From contig JAXLNO010002575.1 of NCBI GenBank assembly GCA_038087875.1, positions 682,001-746,000 on the forward strand: a stretch of DNA of 64,000 nt, written 5' to 3'. Every line of letters starts with the position of its first letter. Position 1 is the first letter of the stretch. The translations under genes and the position numbers were made by a program. The notes beneath the pieces were generated by a model that saw nothing but the letters and a program-made list of their open reading frames with translations, had not been told where the DNA came from and did no database searches. This document shows positions 1 to 11,545 of this stretch, piece after piece. The DNA comes from Malacoraja senta (lineage: Eukaryota).

Positions 1-114
1 TCAGGTCTCACTCCGACGTTCCAGAGAAAAAAAATCCAAGTTATCCATCCTCTCATTAGAGTTAATACACTTGAATCTAGGAGCATTATGGAATATAAAG
101 TGGCAGTGGGTAAT

Positions 115-420
115 CTAGTTTAGAGATACAGCACGGAAACAGGCCCTTCGGCCCACTAGGTTCGCGCCGACCAGCGAACACCGCACATTAACACTATCCT
201 ACACCCACTAAGGACAATTTTTACATTTACCAAGCCAATTAACCTACATACTTGTACATCTTTAGAATGTGGGAGGAAACCGAAGATCTCGGAGAAAACC
301 TACGCAGGGCACGCGGAGAATGCACAAACTCCGTACAGACAGCACCCGTAATCGGGATCGAACCCGGGTCTCCGGCGCTGCATTCACTGTAAATCTGCAA
401 CTCTACCGCTACGCCACCGC
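115..420 (-). mobile_element. HE1/V-SINE-type SINE
   Basis: Reverse complement of the same consensus with B box at about 354-365. Other - copies at about 1240-1435, 16200-16410, 24790-25095, 45245-45440, 51315-51520, 53036-53330 and 61318-61590. Confidence 0.85.
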
Positions 421-1464
421 AACTGTGTTGAAAGGGCTGCAGATGCTGGTTTAAATCGAAGATAGACACAAAAAGCTGCAGTAACTCAGACAGCATCTCT
501 GGAGAGAAGGGATGGGTGATGTTTTGGGTCGAGACCCTTCTTCAGACGGAGTCTGATGCTTGGGCCAAACAGCAGGAAACTGGATGATAAGAGGAAAATC
601 CCATCTTCAAAAAGGATAGTGCATTGTGAAATGAATGTTCCTTGCTGTTCCTCAGCCTGGGGCTACCATTACTGGGGAGGGGCAGAATGCAATTTACATG
701 GTAGCTCAGTGATCCTCTGTTTCCCGGCATTGACTTTCCTTATAGTCCCAGCATTAACTTTCCTTTGAGCTGTCGGTCAAATGTACAGCACAAAAATAAG
801 ACATATTTTACACCAATCTGATGAAGTGTCTCGACCCGAAACCTCACCTATTCCTTTCCTCCAGAGATGCTGTCTGACCCGCTGAGTAACTCTAGCATTT
901 TGTGTCTATCTACAGTGCAAACCAGCATCTGCAGTTCCTTCTTACACTATAAAAATGGATTGGTTAATTGACAGATACAGCATGTAATCAGGCCCTTTGC
1001 CTACCGAGTCCACGCTGACCACCGATTACTCATTCATCCAATCATCGGACTATCTTTAATCATACTTTACCTTGCACTAAACGTTATTCCCTTTATCCTG
1101 TATCTGCACAGTGTGGTCGGCTCGATTGTAATCATGTATGGTGTTTCCACTGACTGGTTACATGCATCAAAAAGCGTTTCACTCACTGTATCTCAGACAA
1201 TAAACTAAACTCCACTAAGCTAAACTAAACTCACTCACGTTGGTTCTGTGTTATCCCACTTTCTCATCCATTCCCTACACACTGGGGGCAAACCCGCATG
1301 TCTTTGGGATGTTAGACGCACCCGGAGGAACCCCACTCAGTCACAGGGAGAATGTGCAAACTCAACACAGATGGCACCAGGTATCGGGATAGCACCCAGG
1401 TCTCTGGTGCAGCGAGAGAGCAGCTCCACCCCGTTACCCTGCTATAAGAAGGGTGTCATTAAGG

Positions 1465-1915
1465 GGGAATGAGTACTGAGAAGATTTATGAGGATGTTGC
1501 TAGGACTTAGGGCCTGAGTTATAGCGAGAGGCGGGGCAGGTTAGGACTTTATTCCTTAGAGTGCAGGACACAGAGAGGTGATCTTACAGCGGTGTCTCAG
1601 ATCATGAGGGGGATAGATAAGGCAAATGCATAGTCTTTTAACCAGAGTAAGTGAATCAAGAATAAATGTGAGAAAGATTTAATAGAACTTGAGGAGCAAT
1701 GTTTTCACACAGGGGATTGTAGGTATATGGAAAGAACTACCAGAAGAGGTAGTGGGAGCAGGTACCATAACAGATCTTTGGATAGCCACATCGGTAGGAA
1801 ATGGTTATGCGCCAAATCTGGGCAGGTGGGACAGGTCTAGAAGGGGCATCTTGGTTGGCAAGGGCAAGTTGGGCTGAAGGGCCCGTTTCCATGCTCGACG
1901 CCTATGACTCTACGA
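1465..1915 (+). mobile_element. Decayed CR1 3' fragment
   Basis: Remnants of RGDL..VY and FTQ.IVGIWKELPEEVV, plus the CR1/HE1 3' tail. Similar fragments at about 14730-15560, 23560-24075, 28190-28560, 34965-35210, 37545-37900, 50290-50610 and 59975-60200. Confidence 0.75.
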
Positions 1916-2166
1916 GCTGCAACATAGCCAAATTAGAAATCGATAGCCTTTTCAAAACTGGTATGTTAAATGAGTTTTCCCACTGTATCAGCTCACTCTG
2001 GAGCCCCAAAATTGTATTTGAAGATCCCATTGTATTTTCCTGGCGTTACCTACATAGATCAACAATGTCTATCATTACACATGTGGTGGTACCTGTTCAA
2101 CAGATTTCAAAATCAATTAAATACAACTGCAGATGCTGGAAATCTAAATTAAAAGCAGAATATGCT

Positions 2167-2575
2167 TGTTAGGCGCTTCCCCCCCTGGCGAATGCGATGT
2201 ACTTACCTTTCTCTGTTTCTCTCCCGAGTGCAGGCCTTGTGGCTGTGAGTCTGGAATCAAGGGGTTAAAATGCTCCTGTACCCGATTGGCCAAGCTGCGT
2301 CAGGTGACGGGTGACTCGTCGGAAGATTAAATACCAGAGACTCCCAGAATTCTCTCTCTTCTTCGTCCACCCTGCCTTGTGAGCTGACTGCTGGTGGGAG
2401 CTGCGGAAGGCCTGGCCAAATGGCATAGAACGTTGTGTATTTTCACCATTACTACTTAACAAATATTGAATTGGGACGGATATGGGATGGCCATAGAGTT
2501 TTTGTGTATTTTGTTTTAGGGTTATATCTCTTTAGGCAGGTTTTAGAGTCTCCGGTTCAACGGTCCATCGTAACA
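2167..2575 (+). repeat. 5' LTR (409 bp)
   Basis: TGTTAGGCGC...GTAACA, homologous to 7464-8045. Contains ATTGG (2285), TGCGTCA (2296) and TATA-like TTAAATA (2327). Confidence 0.92.
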
Positions 2576-2578
2576 AAA

Positions 2579-2592
2579 TGGGGGCTCGTCCG
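2579..2592 (+). promoter_or_regulatory. Primer-binding site complementary to the tRNA-Pro 3' end
   Basis: TGGGGGCTCGTCCG 3 nt after the 5' LTR; matches the reverse complement of the tRNA-Pro 3' terminus. Confidence 0.88.
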
Positions 2593-2770
2593 AAGTTTTG
2601 AGGACCCTAGACGTTTTGGGGTTTTTTTTGGTAGGCTTCTGGTGACTAAGGAAGTCTGTGTTGTGAGGGAAAGTTTTTCCCTGTTTGTGGTAGCATTGGT
2701 GCCCAGGGTTTAGCTGGTGGTTTGGTGCTACATTTGAAATGGAGTTTAAAGGGAAGTAATTTATTGAGAG

Positions 2771-3970
2771 TTGTTTGATAAATGTACGAAGGAACAATTG
2801 ATTTTTCTGCCAGAGAGCTATGAAGTGCCTATTAATCAACATTCCAGGAAACAGTCCATTAAATCGGTGTTGTGGGCTGCGTTGGTGGAGGGTGGGGTTG
2901 TGCCTGACTATGCAGACAGTCCCACACCTTCTGTTCAGCCTGGTCAGGCCATGCAGGCAGTCATTAGGTTGAAGGAGTTAGAGCTGGCAATGAAAGAGGA
3001 GGAGACCAAAAGAGCAGAGGAGGAGACCAAAAGAGTCTCCCAAGAGGAGGAGACCAAAAGAGCAGAGATTCAGCTGCGTGGAGCTGAGTAGGAAACCAAG
3101 AGCGCTGAGGAGGAAACCAAGAGGGCTGAGGAGGAAACCAAGAGGGCAGTGATTAGGCTGCGGGAGAAGGAATTGGATGCCTCCCGGGTTTCTTCTAGGG
3201 AACGGGAGTTTGATATGAGCAAGAACATCCGCCTGGTTCCCCCGTTTAGTGAGAAGGATGTAGACAAGTTTTTCACAGTGTTTGAACAGGTGGCTTTGTC
3301 CTTGAAGTGGCCTAGGGACGCGTGGACCTTGCTTTTGCAGTGTGTCCTTGTGGGTAAAGCACGGGAGGTGTACTCGTCTTTGTCTGTTGAAAGCAGTCTG
3401 GACAATGAGTGTGTGAAGTCTACCGTATTAAGGGCTTATGAATTGGTTCCAGAGGCGTACCGGCAGAAATTCCGGCGCTTTAGGAAGTTTGATAGTCAGA
3501 CTTATGTGGAGTTTGCTAGGGAGAAGGAGGCGCTTTTTGACAGGTGGTGCGCTTCTGAAGGAATGAAGGATATTGGGCAACTGCGGGCCTTGATGATTAT
3601 GGAAGACTTTAAGAACTGTCTCCCTGAGAGGGTTACTACTTACCTTAATGAGCAGAAGGTAAATGAGGTGTCTAAGGCCGCGGTGTTGGCAGATGAGTAT
3701 GTATTGACTCATAAAACTGATTTTGTTGGGAGCTCCTATAGTTTTGGTGCACGATCGGTTGATCGTGGTGGTGTCGCCAGTGGCAGTGTCAAAGGTGTTT
3801 CTGTGCCTGCAAGTGGCAGCACGTTGATACAGGGGGAGGCCCGAGCTGATAAGGTTGACGGAAATTTGAGGACTAACGAAGGTCCTGCGTGCTACTATTG
3901 TAAAGGGAGAGGGTACATGTTAAAGGCGTGTCCCGTTCTGAAGCAGAAAAATACAAAGCCTGTGGCTTAG
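2771..3970 (+). pseudogene. Retrotransposon gag (coiled-coil repeats, SCAN-like capsid region, zinc knuckle), in-frame stop at 3089-3091
   Basis: Same reading frame across the stop. VPPFSEKDVDKFF..FE..A..LKWP, YELVPEAYRQKFR and CYYCKGRGYMLKAC (degenerate CCHC). Confidence 0.85.
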
Positions 3971-4430
3971 GTGGGTACACAGAAGGCACATGTGGTACCT
4001 GAGGTGCCTGAGTCTGATGAGTGTAGGAATTATTCTGCGTTCATCATGAATGGTTTTGTTTCTCTGGAGGATGGGGGTGAAAGAGTTCCAGTATCCATCT
4101 TGCGTGATACTGGTGCTACTCAGTCCTTTATATTGGAGAGTGTACTGCCGTTTACTGGGGAATCATCGGTTGGGTCAAGTGTTCCTGTGGTAGGATTCGA
4201 GATGGATGACATGGTAGTGCCTTTGCATACCGTGAGTCTCGAGTCCGAGTTGGGTTCAGGCCGGGTAACTGTTGGGTTACGGCCGTGTTTTCCCGTTGGG
4301 GGAGTTTCTGTAATTTTGGTGAATGACTTGGCAGGAGGTAGAGTTTTAGTTACTCCTGAGGTGACGGCTGTTCCGATGGTGCAGAGTCCTGATAGATCCG
4401 AGGGTCTTCACAGCTTGTGCTGTCACGAGG
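3971..4430 (+). pseudogene. Retropepsin-type aspartic protease region
   Basis: ILRDTGATQSFI catalytic motif and later ILVNDL(G); in frame with gag beyond a TAG. Confidence 0.85.
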
Positions 4431-4433
4431 GCT

Positions 4434-5830
4434 ATGGCTAAGAGCCAGGCGAAGTTTGAGGATGTAGTGGACCTGAGTGACAGCATTTTTGGGGATCAGG
4501 ATGATGGATCCTGTGTTGTGAAGGGGGTTTCTACATCTCAAGATGGGATAGTGTCTGGAAATGGGCCGGTGTCGCTGTCACGTGACCGGTTGGTTGAGGA
4601 GCAAAAGAGTGATCCACGTTTATCTGATCTGTTCGACTGCGCGGTGCCTGAGGGGGATATGGATTCCACAGCAAAGGGGTATTTTCTAAGGGAGGGCTTA
4701 CTGATGCGAAAGTGGTCTCCCTTGGCTATATCTGGGCATGATGATTGGAGCGCGGTTGATCAGATTGTGAAACCTCGTCGGTATAGGGACGAGATACTCT
4801 GTTTGGCTCATGATGGTCCTCCGGGTGGACATTTGGGGGTCAATAAGACGTATGACAGTTTCTTACGGGATTTTTTTTGGCCAGGGTTGAAAAAGGACGT
4901 GAAACAGCAGTGCAGGTGTTGTCACATTTGCCAGGTGGCAGGAAAGCCGAACCAATCGATTGTTCCTGCGCCTTTGTATCGAATCCCTGTGGTCGGTGAG
5001 TCGCTTGAGCACATTCTAGTTGATTGTGTGGGTCCTCTACCTCGGACAAAAGTGGGCAACACGTTTTTATTGACAATTATGTGTGCGTCTACCCGCTTTC
5101 CGGAGGTGGTCCCTTTGCGTAGAATTACTGCTCCTATCATTGTAAAGTCTCTCACTAAGTTTTTTTCGTTGTTCGGTTTGCCCAAGGTGGTGCAGAGTGA
5201 CCAAGGTTCCAACTTCAAGTCGAACGTTTTTGGTCAGGTAATGAAGTTGCTTGATATTAAGCATTGTTACTCCAGTGCGTATCACCCTGAGAGCCAGGGA
5301 GCTCTCGAGAGGTTTCACCAGACTTTGAAATCTATGTTGAGGACTTACTGCCTGGAGTTTGAAAAAGACTGGGATGAGGTGGTTCATCTAGTTATGTTTG
5401 CGGTGCGTGAGGTCGTGCAGGAGTCTTTAGGGTTCAGTCCTGCTGACCTGGTGTTCGCGCATACTGTACGTGGTCTGTTGACGGTCCTAAAGGAGAAATG
5501 GTTGCAGGAGGATACTAAACGAAGTATTTTAGACCACGTCTCTACCTTTCGGTCTGGACTGAAGAGGGTATGCGAACTGGCAATGGGTAATCTTGCTTCT
5601 GCTCAGTCTAGGATGAAGTGGTGGTTCGACAGGAAGGCTTCTAGTAGGAATTTTTCTCCAGGTGACAAGGTCCTGGTGTTGTTGCCTATTCCTGGTTCCA
5701 GTCTACAGGATCGGTATAGCGGTCCCTATCCGGTGGTTAAGAAGGTTGGTGAAAGGGATTATGTTATTGGTACCCCTGATCGAAGGCGAAAGACTCAGCT
5801 CTGTCATGTCAACATGATGAAGCAGTACCA
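4434..5830 (+). pseudogene. Retroviral-type integrase (HHCC, DD35E, GPY/F)
   Basis: HDGPPGGHLG...CHIC; LVDCVG, QSDQG and ALERF with exactly 35 residues between the second D and E; YSGPYPV. Confidence 0.93.
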
Positions 5831-6099
5831 TGAGCAGGAGCCTGTGGAGGTTGATGGGGAGGTGCTGTGTCCTTCGGTTTCATCTAAGCCTGTTTTGGCT
5901 GCAGTGGCGCTGCCCCCTGACACGGGTGGTGATGTGGGTGAGGCACGGTTGTCGGAGGCAGTGACGCAGGGAAGGCTGTGTAACTCTGAGGCTTTGGAGT
6001 CGCTTCCCTTGCGGTTGTCGCATTTGACTGAAAGTCAGCGGGGTGATCTGCTGGCTTTGGTGGAGTCAAATGGGTCACTGTTCTCGGATGTGCCTTCTC

Positions 6100-7393
6100 A
6101 GACGTCTGTGCTGCAGCATGACATTGACGTGGCCGGTGCTGCGCAAATTAAACAGCATCCGTATCGGGTCAACGTCTAGGGAGTCAGGTTGACTATATGC
6201 TGCGGCATGGCATTGCTGAACCTAGTCGTAGTCCGTGGAGTTCTCCGTGTCTACTGGCTACGAAGGCTAATGGGGAGGACAGGTTTTGCACGGACTTTCG
6301 GAAAGTGAATGGTGTAACTAAACCGGATTGCTATCCTCTCCCACGAATGGAAGATTGCGTGGATTGTGTGGGAAGTGCATCTTTTGTGTCTAAGTTGGAC
6401 TTGTTAAAAGGGTATTGGCAAGTTCCTTTGACTAGGCGGGCGAGGGGGATCACTGCGTTCGTTACGCCTGATAACTTTCTGCAGTACACAGTGATGGCAT
6501 TTGGGATGCGCAATGCGCCGGCAACCTTCCAACGGTTGAACATTGTATTGTCTGCTTTGTCCTTCTGTGAGGCATACCTTGATGATTTGGTTGTGTGCTC
6601 CAGGTCGTGGATCAAACACATCGGTCATCTGAAGGAGGTATTTCATCGTCTAGTGAAGGCAAAACTAATGATCAATCTGGGGAAGTGTGAGTTTGGCCAG
6701 GCCACGGTCACGTATCTGGGTAAGGTGGTGGGCCGGGGTCAGGTTCGCATTCTCAAGGAAAAGGTGGGGCATATTGTTGCATTTCCTGCTCCAACCTCGA
6801 GGACTGAACTCCGTAGTTATCTGGCTATGGTTGGGTACTATAGAGGATTCTGTCCAAACTTCTCTGCGGTGGCTGCCCCTTTGACGGATTTGCTGAGTCC
6901 GAAGGTAGCTTTTGTGTGGTCCGCAGAGTGTCAACAAGCCTTTGATCATACTAAAAGTCTTCTGGTGCGCGCACCTGTGCTTGCGGCACCTGATTTTGAT
7001 CGTCCATTTAAGCTGGCAGTGGATGCTAGTGATCGTGGGGTTGGGGGAGTTCTTCTACAGGATGATTCAGATGGGGTGGAGCAACAAGTTTCGTACTTCT
7101 CTAAGAAGTTTAATCGTCATCAGAAGTGGTACTCCACCATTGAGAAAGAAGCCCTTGTAATTTTAATGTCTCTGAATCATTTCGAGGTTTATGTTGGCTC
7201 CTCGAATGTCCCTGTCATCGTACTCACGGATAATGATCCGTTGGTATTTTTGAAAAGTATGAAGAATAAGAACCAGCGGTTAATGAGCTGGAGTTTGCAG
7301 CTGCAAGACTACAACCTGGAGGTCAGGCATTTCCGTGGCAAGGATAATGTCTTGGCTGATGCCTTGCCGCGCCAGTGGAGTTTTAGCTCCTGA
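6100..7393 (+). pseudogene. Reverse transcriptase and RNase H
   Basis: SPWSSP, RFCTDFRKVN, SKLDLLKGYWQV, FGMRNAPATFQR, YLDD, KCEF; RNase H motifs VDASD, IEKE, TDND, LADAL. Confidence 0.95.
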
Positions 7394-7463
7394 ATAGTTT
7401 CTGGGATTTGGTGGTGTTTTTTCTCTCTTCTTCCGAAACTTATTCAGTGTCTTTGGGTGGGGG

Positions 7464-8045
7464 TGTTAGGCGCTTCCTCCCCTGGTGAATGATATGTACT
7501 TACCTTTCTCTGTTTCTTTCCCGAGTGCAGGCCTTGTGGCTGTGAGTCTGGAATCAAAGGGTTAAAAGGCTCCTGTACCCGATTGGCCAAGCTGCGTCAG
7601 GTGACGGGTGAATCATCAGAAGCTTAAATACCAGAGTCATCCCAGGATTCTCTCTCTCCTTCGTCGACCCTGACTTGTGAGCTGACTGCTGGAGTGAGCT
7701 GCGGAAGGCCTGGCCACCTGGCATAGACCTTTGTGTACTTTCACCCTTACGTGTTACGAAATATTGAATTGGGACGGATAAGGGCTTATCGTAGTGTTTT
7801 CGGGTATTTTGTTTCAGGGTTATATCTTTTTAGGCAGGTTTTAGCGTCTCCGGTTCGACGGTCCATCACGTGGGTGGCTGGAGCACCGTTAAATTGTTTG
7901 TTAGTCCATCCATAACCCTGACTGGGTTGTTTGAATCAGGTTTGGGTTTTGTGTTATTGAATAATTAAAACTATTTTGGAATTTGAACCTGGTTTTTTAG
8001 TTATATTATGCGGCTCTGAAGTACCTGCATTCGGGAGTCGTAACA
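7464..8045 (+). repeat. 3' LTR (582 bp)
   Basis: TGTTAGGCGC...GTAACA directly after the purine tract; has about 172 bp (7868-8039) absent from the 5' LTR. Confidence 0.9.
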
Positions 8046-10462
8046 CGCTGCACCATGCGTCTGACGTAATGACGCGCATGCGGCTGGACGGGGTCTTCTT
8101 CACGTAGTCACTCACATGACTTGGAAGTAAAATCCTTGATTTAAATCAGAAAATACAAACAAAATTCGCAGCAGTCGAACGGATGCCTCGCTGCATCAGA
8201 GACCCGGGTTTGATCCCGACTACGGATGCTGTCTGTGTGAACGTCGTACATGGGTTTTATCCGGGCGCTGGTCTCCACCCACATTCCAAACTCGTGCAGG
8301 TTTATAGGTTAATTGCCCCCTGTAAATTGCCCCTAGTAAGATGTGTAAGGTGCCAAAGTGGGATTGAGATATCAAATTACACTGCGTTGAAACGGGCTTT
8401 TCGGCACAGCATGCCCCATCTACATTAGTCCCAACTCCCCACGCTTGGCTCATAACCCTCTAAACCTATCCTATGCATGTACCTGTCCATTGTCTGTTTA
8501 TTGTTATGATAGTACCTGTCTCAACCTCCTTCTCTGGCAGCTCGTTCCATATACCCATCACTCTTTGTGTAAAAATGTTACCTCTCAGGTTCCTATTAAA
8601 TCTCCCCACTCACCCCTCTCACCGTAAACCTATACCCTCTGGTTCTCGAGTCCCCTATTGTGGGCAAAACACTCATGCGCATTTACCTGATTGATTGATC
8701 TCATAATTTTGTAAACCTCTTTCAGATCACCCCATCCTCCTGCACTCTATGGAATGAAATCAGTGCCTTCTCAACCTCACCCTCCCTGAACATACACTCA
8801 CTGACTTGCAGAACAGTTCAGCATAGGAACAGACTCTTGGGCCCACACCTTCTGTTCCGAACGTGATGCCAAGTTGAACTAATCTCCTCCACCAACACAT
8901 ATTCCATATCCCTCCTTTCCCTGCATATCTATGCCTTTCTAAAGACTTCAAATGCCACTATCAAGTCTCCTTGTAAATCTACTCTGGACTCTTTCCAGCT
9001 GGTGTGTTAAAAACAAAGTGCATGAAGAATTCAGTGTGTCAGGCAGCATCTGTGGTGGGAATCGACTGACAAGTTTTGAAGTCACCAGTCTGAACAAGAG
9101 TTCCAGCCTGAAATGTCGTTGGTTCATTCCATCCCACAGATGTTGCCTGACCCACTGTGTTCCTCCAACAGTTTTGCTCAACGAACCAACATCTGCACTC
9201 TCTAGTATCCTCAGAGATCTGTTAACTGTTACCATTCATTTGCCCTATTTTATTACATTTTGTATTACATTTCTGTTAAATTATGTTGCAGTCTTGGAAT
9301 GTTTTCACCTCAGCTGCAAACCTGCGTTCCTAGTGTACATTTCTAATCATGATAAATTATGATCACTGCCATCAAAACACCTCATCACTACCATTACAAT
9401 ACTACTCCCATCTTGCAGCCAAGCAATACCAACCATTTTCTATACAGTCGCCTTAATACAATTTCTTAAATGAATTTGAGAACCTCTGCACTCTGCTTCA
9501 GTGACAGGTAATATTAAGTGTAAATTCACAACTATTTATTGTTCTGGGGTGGGTTATTTTGCACCATATAAACAGGCCAAAATATTTCTCCTTCCGTATC
9601 CCTAAGTTTATTTGATATACGATGATAAATACAAATCAATGGATCGTTTAAATGTTTACTGTGCTGATGGGGACCATTCATCCTATCAGGCCAATGCCAC
9701 CTCTCTACTGGAGAAAATCACTTGTTCAACCCCAGCCCTTCGACTGTAGTTTTGCATGTTTATGCTCACAATTAGTTTATCCAATTCTCTCTTTGTAATG
9801 AAACATAAATAGGATTCAGATCAATGAACGGAGAAAGAAAATTGCAGGGGTACAAATGACTATCTTTATTACATCAAATTACAAGACAAAGCAATAAAAA
9901 AGCAACGAATCTCATGGATTTCAGCTCAATGTGTTAAATGATAGAAGCCGTGGCAAATACCATCAAGTCTCACAGTCTTCTGACCATTGGAGACTCCTAT
10001 TTATGATGGCTGGTATAGAGATCTTGTGGCCCAGCCACTGTCCTTCAAAGGTTCTGCATTACATCAAGCACCAAGCTATTCTTGCATGTCTCGGAGAAAA
10101 GAAAGGTTTAACTTATCCTTTAGCTACACTAAATATCCTTGTAGGCTGCTCCATAATTTCCCAGTTATTCTAAGTGAGCCCTCAATCATCTAATTGTTTC
10201 CCAAAGCCAGCCTACTTGCTTACCATAAAGTGCTGTTAGCAGAAAATGTAATCTTAGGTGAAAACCCCATTTACCTTTTCCAGTGCATTAAGGGCATAAT
10301 GGACCCAACTACACAACATCTACATGCCATACACTTGAAATTCCAAACGCACGTTGCATAGAATTCCTTGTCCGCTCTCAAACCCTCCAGCAAAGTGAGC
10401 AGCCTCCCTATCCATTCTTCCATTCAAAGATTGATAATTTTCCAGAGCTCGTAAGAGGGAGC

Positions 10463-10975
10463 ACATAACGCCTATTCTGGCCTCCCTCCACTGCCTGTGT
10501 ACTTTAGAGTTCATTTTAAGATTATTTTATTTGTTTTTACATCGTTAAATGGTCTCGCCCCGCCTTACCTCTCTGAGCTGCTTCATCCCTACGCTCCTGC
10601 TCGGTGCCTCAGGTCAGCTGATCAGCTGCTCCTGGAGGTACCGAGGTCTAAGCGGAAGCTCAGAGGGGATAGAACCTTCTCTGTTGCTGCTCCAACATTA
10701 TGGAACACTCTACCTTTGCACATTAGACAGGCCCCTTCACTGTCCATTTTCAAAACAAGTCTTAAAACCCTTTTCTATTCCTTGGCTTTTGACCCTGCAT
10801 GAGACTTTGCTCCTGTTTTAGTGTTTCTATTGTTTTTTAAATTGTTTTTACTGTCTTTTAATGTTTTTATTGCTTTCTTTTATGTTTATGATTAGTCATG
10901 TACAGCACTTTGTTGCAACAGTGGTTGTTTTTAAAGTGCTCTATAAATAAAGTTCAGTTCAGCTCCAAGAACTTA
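10463..10975 (+). mobile_element. L2 LINE 3' fragment of teleost-like type
   Basis: FRVHFKIILFVFTSLNGLAPPYLSELL...LRSADQLLLEVP...RTFSVAAPTLWNTLP, followed by a 3' UTR ending GTACAGCACTTTG...AAAGTGCTCTATAAATAAA. Confidence 0.85.
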
Positions 10976-11396
10976 ATATGTTCCTCCCTCTGACTCTTGA
11001 GATTCCTCCTTATCCCTTTCTAAAGATACATCATGTTATTCTGAGAAATGTGTTTGCCAAGACCATGGCATCTGCAGTTTTAGTCTCCTGATCTTAGGAA
11101 GAATGTTCTTGTTATGGAGGGAGTGCTGTGAAGGTTCATCAGATTTCAGGTATGGGAGGACGAATGTATGAAGGGCGATTTGGGCGATTAGATTTACATT
11201 GTGATTAGGACCATTCAAAATCAACTACAACATTCTTATGGGTCTGTACAGATTCAAGAGAGTCAAGAGTGTTTTATTGTCATATGTCCCAGATAGTACA
11301 ATGAAATTCTTACTCACTGCAGCACAATGGAATATGTAAACATAGTACATGGTAAACAATATGAAAAACGAGAAAGAGAAAAACAAAATCAATGTG

Positions 11397-11425
11397 CATA
11401 TATATATATATATATGCATATATAC

Positions 11426-11458
<33 letters not shown>

Positions 11459-11545
11459 CACATAGTCATATATACACATATACACATAGTCACAGGTACA
11501 CACACACACACACATATATGTGTAGAAAAGTATGCATACATATAT
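11397..11545. repeat. Compound (TA)n/(CA)n microsatellite
   Basis: Direct reading. Confidence 0.95.

Larger units (their letters stand above)
2167..8045 (+). mobile_element. Gypsy/Ty3 LTR retrotransposon, Gmr1-like (gag-PR-IN-RT-RNaseH), decayed
   Basis: Two TG...CA LTRs, tRNA-Pro PBS, G-rich PPT (7455-7463), possible 4-bp TSD tgct/cgct, and recognisable gag, protease, integrase and RT/RH domains with stops and frameshifts. Confidence 0.95.

Noticed and set aside
2994-3150. Short direct repeats (here and at 44557-44805) as a CRISPR-like array
   Set aside because: Units are contiguous with no unique spacers, and the context is eukaryotic with no cas genes.
3968-3970. TAG between gag and protease as programmed readthrough
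   Set aside because: The element has another in-frame stop (3089) and frameshifts, so decay is the simpler explanation; needs the family consensus.
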